This document shows positions 51,201 through 64,000 of a stretch of DNA of 64,000 nucleotides, in pieces. The translations under genes and the position numbers were made by a program. Under the pieces are notes generated by a model. That model was not told where the DNA came from, ran no database searches, and saw only the letters and a list, made by a program, of their open reading frames with translations. Source of the DNA: the human T2T-CHM13v2.0 reference genome, Homo sapiens; assembly GCF_009914755.1 (NCBI RefSeq), contig NC_060933.1, one strand, 5' to 3'. Numbering within the stretch: position 1 is the stretch's first letter; every line of letters starts with the position of its first letter.

Positions 51201-52952
51201 CTCCTCCTCTCTGTACCCCCTCATGAAAAACTAGGCGGTGAAGTGGGGCAGGAAATGGTTTCATTCAGATCACTCTCCTTTCCTGCAGTAAACAGGGGGT
51301 TCCCCACAGTGGTTGGCTTTCAAACGTTTTTCAGGTTCCCTGTTTATCTACCCTAACCATTGCCCTTTGCCAGTGCTGCATCTCTGAAGTAATGCAAGTG
51401 CTTTGAATCTGGTGGGATACCAATGAGTTGATATCTGGTTGCAGTTAATAATGTTTCATAAATAAGAAGCCCCCTCACCAAACAGAAAGTTAGTGTGGCA
51501 TTACCATTTTATAAATATCCACTCATTAAATAAGCATCGAGGGCCCACTATGTACCAAGCATTGTACCAGTCTCTTGGGATGCAAAGATGAGCCAGGCAC
51601 GCATTCTGTTGCCAAGAAGTGGGCAGTCTACTAGGAAGTCATAGATTATGATATATAAACTTGATGTATAGTGATTAGTGCTCAGGCCCTGAAAAGGGAC
51701 AGATGCAGTGTAGAGTAAGTCCAGATTACTGCTAACTTTTTTGAGGTGAAGGAAGGTAGAAGTGTTGGTCATGAATGACTTCCCAAAGAGGTAGCATCTA
51801 GACATGAGAAGACATAAAGAACATTCCAGATGAAGGAAAGAGAACAGCAAGGGCATGGCAGTTGAATGCCTCAGTACAGTTTAGGGTTAAAACAATTACA
51901 GTGGAGTTGCATTGTGCATATATTAAAATCACACATATGATACAAGTAGAAAGAGGAGAAAAATTAAGAGTGCAGGCTATTGCATTTGATGACTGTATGT
52001 CCTGGAGTGAGCATGAATCCACTGTAGGTCATGGTTTCTCTGCCTCTGGTGATGAGTGGTGAGATGATGTCTTGTGCTTTTGGGAAAGTTAAATGATTTT
52101 CAGGGATAAAACTAATTCTATGTGATATTTACCTTCTGGCTTGATGTGATGACCTAACCTCAGAGCAAAACGCTTTTCCTGTACAGAAATAGGGGAAATA
52201 AGATTGGAAAGATAGTTTTGAACCAGATGGCAGAGGGAATCTCAAGTGCTCAAATGCCATTTTGTTGTTCCCCATGGCTTTCTTTTCCCTACTCAGGTCA
52301 TCTCTCAGGTGAGAAAATGACTCCTTTCTCGTCTGACTCTAGTCTTTTTCCTGGTCTTATTGAAACACGACCTCTAAGACTGAGAAGGAGGAAGGAGGGC
52401 AGAACCATGGCAGAAAGTAGTGAAACAGTGACACAGCAGGACTAGACAGGTGGCTGACCACGGCACACCCTCCACCATCTGTCTTTCCAGAGCTCCACTG
52501 CTCACTGTAAATGGTTACCTGGTTACCCCTGCTTTTGCATCAGATAAAGCCATCAGCTACATTGCAAGGAAAACTAAATATCAAACTTAGCGGGGCAAAA
52601 TAGTTAAAAACAAAAATGGTGGGAGAGGGGAGAGGCCACAGGATTTAGAGACCGGAGATCTGAGTTCAGGTCTTCACCCTGAAATGTGCTGTCTTTGCAA
52701 TCTTGGACAAGTTCCTTACCCTCTCTGAATCTCAATTTCCTTCCTTCTCACAGGGTTAAAGATGTCTACTTTCAGGTTTCTTATAAAAATTGAATGAACT
52801 AATATGTACTATGCAGAAAAAAAATTAGACAAACCTTCACTGTTATTATTTGTTTTACACACTTCCATGAAGAGCCAGCTGTCTTGCTAAGAATCCATAA
52901 AAGTGTTCATGCATCCCTGCAACTGAATATACACATTGTGTTAGGGAATTTC

Positions 52953-54833
<1,881 letters not shown>

Positions 54834-55653
54834 TTAGGGAATTTCTTTGTGTCTTTCTTTACCAGCTAGACTGTGGGGTTCTTAAGGACAGGGAGAGTCT
54901 TATTTATCTTTAAAATTACTTTAGCATTTACAAGTATCTGGCATATGACAAATATTCATTGAATGAATGGGCCAATTGTGAGTATCAGAAAGTCTCCCAA
55001 ATTAGAAAAATCTGAATTAATAATTTTTAGCCTACCACTGTTATGATAAAAGTATGAATTCTTGAAAATTGCCTTATTTTGATTCAGATTAATTCAGTAA
55101 ATATTTATTGAGCATCAACTGTGCACCAGACACACATTCCCTTACCCTCAAAGAGTCTGTGGTCTCACTGGAGAGAGAGACAGACACATACTCTACCAAA
55201 TCAAAGACGGTCAGACTGAAAAGTACCATTTAAATCAGCCTCAACACAGACTGCTGACTTGACTTGTCGCTTCCTGACCAGCGTGGGCTCAATGTCTCTG
55301 GGACTGCCCATCAGTAAAGGATGTTGTGTATGACATGAGTGATAGCAATAAGGTGAATTCCCAGAGAAAGGGGTAGAGCTCCGAGTGGGGAGTCCTGTTT
55401 GTTTGTGTTTGAGCTACACATACCTCTCTCTCCAGGGGCCCACCTTTCCTTCCCCTTTGGCTGGAACAGCATTGTTGTCACCAAGTTAGCCTTTGCCCTA
55501 ACACCTGCTCAGAAAGGGGAGTTACTTTTCCCCTTGGTGGGGCTCCTGATGGTTACTATCATCCCTTTCTTTATCCCCTACTCCCTGCCATGAGGAAGAG
55601 AATTTGACATTTCTCATATAAGCCCAAGAGGCAGAACTGGGAACTACATATAG

Positions 55654-56166
55654 CAGCGGTCCCCAGCATTTTTGGCACCAGAGACTGGTTTCATGGAAGA
55701 CAATTTTTGCTTGGACTGGGGTCGGAGGAATGGTTTCGGGATGATTCAAGCTTATTACATTTATTGCGCACTTTATTTCTATTATTATTACATTGTAATA
55801 TAAAATTAAATAATTGTATAACTCACCATAATGTAAAATCGGTGGGAACCCTGAGCTCATTTTCCTGCAACTAGATAGTCCCATCTGGGGGTGATGGGAG
55901 ACAGTGACAGATCACCACGCATTAGATTCTCATAAGGAACGTGCAACCTAGATCCCTCACATGCACAGTTCACAATAGGGTTCACACTCCTATGAGAATC
56001 TAATGCCGCCACTCATCTGACAGGAGGCGGAGCTCAGGTGGTAATGCAAATAACGGGGAGTGGCTGTAAATACAGATGAAGCTTCACTTGCTTGCCTGCC
56101 GCTCACCTCCTGTTGTGTGGCCCAGTTCCTAACAGGCCATGGACCAATACCAATTGGGGACCCCTG
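55654..56166 (+). mobile_element. MER1A-like hAT-Charlie non-autonomous element
   Basis: TIRs CAGCGGTCCCCAG / TTGGGGACCCCTG; 8-bp TSD ACATATAG / ATATATAG; ~513 bp. Confidence 0.85.
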
Positions 56167-56350
56167 ATATATAGGATGGCAAATTTTAGCTCAATGTAAG
56201 AAAAACTTTCACATAGAAAGAACCATTTGAAATTGGAATAAGCTGCCTTGAGGAGTGAGTTCCTGCTTTGGGGAATGAGGCTTACAGAGACTAGATGAAC
56301 ACTAGGTGTGGACTCAGTCAAGCATCTTATGGGGACTAGGATTGACTAGA

Positions 56351-56510
56351 GCAGAGCTTCTCCAGCATTCACATCACTGGGCATCTTGTTGCATTGCAGA
56401 TTCTGGTTAGGTAGGTCTGGGGCAGGGCCTGCCTAAACGGATTCTGCATTTCCAGCAAGTTCCCCAGTGATGCTGATGCTGCTGGTCTGGGGACCACACC
56501 TTAAGTATCT
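56351..56510 (-). mobile_element. MER5A fragment
   Basis: GTAGGTCTGGGGCAGGGCCTG...TCTGCATTTCCAGCAAGTTCCCCAGTGATGCTGATGCTGCTGGTCTGGGGACCACAC. Confidence 0.75.
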
Positions 56511-57136
56511 AGGAATAAGGGAACCTATTGGTAATTAGGAATCCATGAAATTAATAGCTACCATTTAAAAATACTCAGTGCCAGGCACTGTGCCAAGGGC
56601 TTTACATGTGTTATTTTGTTTAATGTTGCTTAATAAATAAACTTGGAAGTACCTGAAATAGATTATAGCAGATACAGGAAGCATGGAGATCAGTCAAGAG
56701 CTATTAAAATAATCTAGATAGCAAAGATATTGAAGATCCTCATCCAGAGGCCATGGGTATTGAGAGGGAGATATAAATGCAAGGAACATCACAGAGATAA
56801 TAACGGAAGTTCTTGCAATGGATTAAATATGATGGCTCGGGGGGAAGAAATTGTTAGAGATGATTATAAGAGTGATGTGAAAGGCTGTAATATCATTAAT
56901 AGACAAGCTTAGAGACGTGGCTGATTTGAAGGGGAAGGTAATGGCTTGAGTTTTAGATAGAGAGGATACTTGCAAATATTCACTAAGTGCTCACTATATG
57001 CTAGGCATGGTTCCAAATACTTGACATGTATTAACTCGTTTACTTCTCATAACAACCCATAAGGCAGCTACCATTATTAGCACCATTTTACAAATGTGGA
57101 AACAGACCCAAAGTCACCCAGTTAATAAGTGGTCGA

Positions 57137-57493
<357 letters not shown>

Positions 57494-60400
57494 TTAGAGT
57501 TTGTAAAGTTCTTTACTGTTGTTAGCTTCTTAATAACTCCCAACCTGTATATTTATTTTTAGCAGCTTACACTTTTAGTGCTTATATAATCATTTCTCAC
57601 AGATTCTTGATCCTCTATGTATCAATTTAACAGATATTTATTGGGTGTCTCCTATGTACTAGGCTTGGTGCTGGAGATACAATGTTGAGCAAATACAGTT
57701 CATGCCCCCATGGTGCTTACAGTTAATGGGAGGAGAAAAAAATCACATAACTATCTGACTTCAAACTGTTGTGTCCTGCAAAGGGATAGATTAGAATGCC
57801 AGAGGAGAACATGATCTAGAATAGGGGTAAAAAGGGAAGCTTCCTTCAAGAAATATTTGATCTGAGATCCAAAGAATGAGTATATCTTAACCAGATGAGG
57901 ATGGGAAAACATGAGCACAGACCTAAATATAGCTCTATTATTTCACTCCATCACTCTCTCCCCCTGACTCCTTCTTCCCTGGTTCCACCTACCTCGCAAC
58001 CCCTCCCTCTTGCTCTAAGCAGAGATGTCTATGCCTGGATAGCCAAAATGCACAGAAATCCAACGGTGTCTTTAGGTGTTCATACCACACAAAGATTAGG
58101 AGTGTGATCTATCTGTCGCATCTCTAACCCCAGTGGTTATAACATCGCTTGCCACAGAATAGGTGTTCAATAAATATTTGTTGAAAGAAGTAGTTAGTTA
58201 ATTTGGTGCACAGAAAATAGGAGAGAGTTATAGAAAAGCTAGTTCATCTCAGGACGAGGAGAAACTTTCTAACAATTAGAGATGTCCAGAGATGGAAGAC
58301 ATCTTGTTATAAGAGAAATATCTCTGGACTTAGAGTAAAAGAAAATAGCCCCGTGCTAATTTTGACTATGGGCAAGTCACTTAATTGAGGCTTACCTTCC
58401 ATACCTATTACTTAAAGATAATCTTTGTCCTGCCTAATTCACAGGATTGTTGTGAGAGTGAGATAAGATAATCTAAGTAAAAGAGTGTTGTATAAAGTGC
58501 TATTAAATATATATGTGCTATTATGGCATAATATAGTTAACTCCCAGTCCAGCCACTACCTGACACTCTCTTTATGGTAGCTTGTAGTAGAGATTCTTGT
58601 CTTAGATAGAAATTTGAACTAAATAACTCAAACCCTTTCCAATCTATATATACAATGATTATGACACATAAGTCTATTACTTAACCATTTCTGTATGTTA
58701 CATATCAAAGTTTTGAATATGTAATGCCAGAGTTAAAATACTAAAGCATTCTATGAAAATTATATAGATCAAAATGCAAGAAATATTAAGAAGCTTGTTT
58801 TGTTTAATGGTGGACAAAGACCTTAAACTAAAATCTGCTGTGTATAATTCTCTAGGAAGGGGGATAGTCCAAATGCCTGATTTCCCCCCGAATTTATGAA
58901 CTCTGTATATTAGCTCCGTAGCCATGTTTACCAAGCTACAAGAAGAAAGGAGATCCCTTTAACTAAAATGTCAGTGATTAGGTTTTAAGGGATTTCAAAT
59001 TACTAGGGAAGGACCCAGACACTTAGTGACTCCCTAGTGATTTGAAAATCTTCCTGGCTGCTGGCAGTAGTTTGCATGGAGACTGAATATTATCTCAGCC
59101 CTTTTGAAAAAGTAAAGAAGCTACAAATCCAGTGGCTGTTCAAAACAACAAAGAGGGTTGAGGTGCCTTTGGCTTCTAACAGGACTGTCTCTGAATTCCT
59201 CAAGGAATTCCAGGCCTAGAGTTGATCCAGCTGGCAGGAGGTATCGATCTCCACTTGAATTCACTGAATAAATAATGGTTGCCATAGTTATTGAGCAGTC
59301 GCAACTGGTTGGAGAGCAGGGAAAATTCTGCAGTACCTTCTGTGAGTTTGGCCATGAGAAAGTCTGGTTACAAGGTTCCACAATCAGCTCCCTCCCCAAA
59401 TCCAGCCAACATATTACTCAGTTCCTGTATCCTGATGATGAATATGAGATCTTGAATGTTATGTAAGACATGAGACACTGAAAGGAAGGGAAAGCTTAAA
59501 TCAATGGACTGGTATTTATTCTGAGAAAGGCGTCTCTCCCTAGGTTATGAATATAATTGAATATTTTTCATTATTAATTCAATTTAGTATCAGCAAGGTG
59601 ATGTTTGATCATGTTATAGCATTCAAGGGCTTCACAAAGGACGAAATCCATCTCGTTCTATTTTAACATTATTATACAAAGAGCACAACCTGGACATTTT
59701 AAAAGGAAGGAAAATTTATCCCAAAACCCCATAGGTATTTTCACGTTTATATTTTCTTTCACCCTTCTCTATATGAAGAAATAATTTTTGCATAGATGGA
59801 ATCACAGCTTTAGTATTTAATATTCTACTCTTTATTTAATGTTGTAAACGTTTTTTTTTTTAATTTTGCTTCATGGCCTTCACATTTGTTCTGTTTGATG
59901 TCTTCAGAATCTTCCCTTCCATATACCATTATTTACTTAACAGTTCCCCTATTCTTCAGCCCTTTGCCTTTTTCCAGTTTTTTGTTTGTTTGCTTTTGTT
60001 TTGTTTTGTCTTGGTAATAGATAATGCTGAACCAAATGTCTCCATGTATACAGTTTTATTCTTCTGTTAAATGTTTCCTTTGGATAAATTCCCAAGAGTG
60101 GGATTACTTGGTCAGAGGCTATGAACGATTTATAGCTCTTGAAATTTACTGCCAAATTTACAGCCTGTTCTTTTGTTTTGGGGAGAAAATAAAACTTTAG
60201 GCAGAACACCACTGCATGCAGGATTCTCTTAAAATTCATTCTCTTAAAATTCACAACAGTCTCTTCTGAGACTGAAACATGGAGCCTGTGTATTTAGTAA
60301 TGATAAGCCGTAGGAGACAGGTCCGCACCTGGGCTGATTAGCTAATAGTTTCTCAGGGAAAGCAAAATGATGCACTGCAAAGCTTGGAAATTAGGCCACG

Positions 60401-60863
60401 AATTGCTTTTTGTTAGACCTTGTAGTTACCAGCCACTTGCCCACTGGCAAGCATTGTCTTTGGTTCTGATTATTCCATGTGTATAGCACTCTACAGCTGA
60501 CAGACCACTTTTCCATAACATTATCTTAATTGAGCCACAATAATCCATGGAGTTGGGTTTTATTATCATTGTACTTTTTCTTTTAATTTATTACATAACA
60601 TTGAAGACACACAGGAATAATAACAGCAAAGGCTGTGTATCTGCCACTCAATAATTCCGATTTTCCTGTGAAGACATTGAGCCTTAGAGAAATTAGGTCA
60701 CCCAGCTAGTAAATGACAGAACCAGAACTAGAACCTAGGTCTGTCTAACTCCAGGGCCAGTGCCCATCTCTTTATAGCATATTGCATTGAGACAAGATGC
60801 CTGCAACTTACAGTCCATGGAGATCCCGCTGGCAATCTTCATGGTTGTATTTTAATATCATTA

Positions 60864-61226
<363 letters not shown>

Positions 61227-61443
61227 TCAACCGTCTCCTTTTACAGGGCCCCAAAGTGGGAGGAACTTCCCCAAATCATACACAACTAGCCAAACTGAGG
61301 ATAATGCAAATTTTCTGGTTCCCAGGCCTCTTATTTGGGACAAGAAAAAAGTGTCTGGATAGTTCTTCATTTTTCTTATTGGCTTTTGCTTCAAGGAAAT
61401 AACTTTTCTAACAAAAATGCCCCCAACTTAAAAAATTAATTTA

Positions 61444-61743
<300 letters not shown>

Positions 61744-61815
61744 TTAATTTTGTAAAAATTAGAAACTATTGCTTGATTTCCCATTAGAAGGATGTCTTCC
61801 ATCTCTCAAGAATTA

Positions 61816-62219
<404 letters not shown>

Positions 62220-63252
62220 AGAGAAATGAGGCTCTGAAGTCTAAATGTTGAGGAAAAGCATAGTGATTTGTTGTGGATGTCAGGCTCCCTTCTCATTGCT
62301 TTGGAACAAGAGACCAGTATTTGCCTCAGAAAACTGGGTTCTAATCCTAGCTTTTAGCAGCTGAGTGACTTTGGGAAATTCATTTAACCTTATACATAAG
62401 ATAGATCATAGTATTTAACATGGAGATCATTTTATATATTGTTTTGTAAAATATAAGATACTGGTATTTGTGTCTTAATACATTATAACATGCCTGCACC
62501 ACATCCTTCTGGGCTTCCTCCCCTTCTCTTTGGCTTTTCCATCTCCACAGCAGGAGGACATGTGTATTTTGTACAGAGTGCCAGGTGTAGGTCAACAGGG
62601 GTTTCAAGTGGGGGGGAACAAAACAAGGAAAAGAAAAGCTGAATTCTTCTCAGTGCTGGTTAGCATGAAAACACAGGAATGCACTTTGCTGTGTTGGGTC
62701 TTTTCGAGCAGCCCTTGCATTAGCAAATGGAAGTTACAGCCTCCCCACCTCCCTTAAATGAGTCTGTCAAGATAGAAACATTAATTCATTTGCCTGGATG
62801 TGTTTCTATGTCACTCTGAAAAATAGTTGCCTACTGACAAGGCTTTGTGAGAGCTTAGTAGGATAATGTATGCAAAATAATAACCACCCTGCCATTCATT
62901 CCATGTGGCTGTGTGCCAGGAACTGTGCTTCCCTTGTGTTACTTACCTAAGCTGGCCATCCCAGAAACCCTGAATTGGGTATGATCATTTTCTTCATCTC
63001 ATAAGGAAATGGGTGCTCAGAAGTAAAGAGACTTACTCTAGGGCACACAGCAAGTAAGTGTTGGGACTGGGATTCAAACCTTGGTGTTGCTTCATACCAA
63101 AGGCCATGAGCTATCTCTAACAGGGAGGGCACTTTGATTGCAAAGAAGCTATCCAAACTGGCAGAATGAGACACAGACCTCAATTAGGGATTCAAAGTGT
63201 CTTAAGATGTATTTGCCTCCTAAACTTCTTGCCCTTCTCTATCCCTCTGCAG

Positions 63253-63500
63253 AAAGACATGGGTTAAAAGAACCAAAGAGAGTCGAAGAGCTATGCAACA
63301 AGATCACAAGCAGTTTAAAAGACCACCAGAGTAAGGGACAGGCTCTGGAGCCCACCGAGTCCAAGGTCCTGGGTGCCCTGGTAGAACTGAGGAAGATCTG
63401 CACCCTGGGCCTCCAGCGCATCTTCTACCTGAAGCTGGAAGACTTGGTGTCTCCACCTTCCATCATTGACAAGCTCTTCCTGGACACCCTACCTTTCTAA
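63253..63500 (+). CDS. NR4A3: NR4A3 exon 8 coding part: LBD C-terminus/AF-2 and stop
   Basis: CCCTCTGCAG|AA AGA CAT: [18 protein letters not shown]...[15 protein letters not shown]; coding exon lengths 951+130+173+200+179+248=1881 nt = 626 aa + stop. Confidence 0.98.
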
Positions 63501-64000
63501 TCAGGAGCAGTGGAGCAGTGAGCTGCCTCCTCTCCTAGCACCTGCTTGCTACGCAGCAAAGGGATAGGTTTGGAAACCTATCATTTCCTGTCCTTCCTTA
63601 AGAGGAAAAGCAGCTCCTGTAGAAAGCAAAGACTTTCTTTTTTTTCTGGCTCTTTTCCTTACAACCTAAAGCCAGAAAACTTGCAGAGTATTGTGTTGGG
63701 GTTGTGTTTTATATTTAGGCATTGGGGGATGGGGTGGGAGGGGGTTATAGTTCATGAGGGTTTTCTAAGAAATTGCTAACAAAGCACTTTTGGACAATGC
63801 TATCCCAGCAGGAAAAAAAAGGATAATATAACTGTTTTAAAACTCTTTCTGGGGAATCCAATTATAGTTGCTTTGTATTTAAAAACAAGAACAGCCAAGG
63901 GTTGTTCGCCAGGGTAGGATGTGTCTTAAAGATTGGTCCCTTGAAAATATGCTTCCTGTATCAAAGGTACGTATGTGGTGCAAACAAGGCAGAAACTTCC
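63501..64000 (+). other. NR4A3: NR4A3 3' UTR (continues beyond the window)
   Basis: Follows TAA; no splice donor needed and no canonical AATAAA seen before the window end. Confidence 0.9.

Overview
This is eukaryotic (primate, almost certainly human) genomic DNA containing nearly all of NR4A3 (NOR-1/MINOR/TEC/CHN nuclear receptor) on the + strand. A CRE-rich CpG-island promoter lies at ~21.4 kb, followed by two non-coding 5' exons and an optional 72-nt cassette exon. Six coding exons (27676-28626, 32322-32451, 32915-33087, 44280-44479, 47068-47246, 63253-63500) splice by hand to an intact 626-aa ORF, and the 3' UTR runs off the window. A second CpG island at ~19.1-20.0 kb looks like a divergent (minus-strand) promoter with a MEF2 pair. 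The rest is intergenic or intronic DNA with ~18 Alu/FLAM copies, MLT1 LTRs, hAT MER elements, old L1/L2/CR1/MIR fragments and one very young 5'-truncated L1HS Ta-1 insertion in intron 7. Most ORFs in the supplied track are GC-rich or repeat-derived noise. I see no evidence of a wholly new multi-gene system. The best leads are regulatory: (i) a 5'-leader in which the single uORF stops 2 nt before a strong-context ACG in frame with NR4A3 through stop-free exon 2; (ii) the antisense L1HS as a possible polymorphic premature-polyadenylation element; (iii) the divergent promoter; (iv) an Alu with a triplicated Pol III B-box; (v) an intron-1 CGG/CAG tract inside a poly-Ala micro-ORF. Repeat family names come from recognition, not a database search, and repeat boundaries are approximate.
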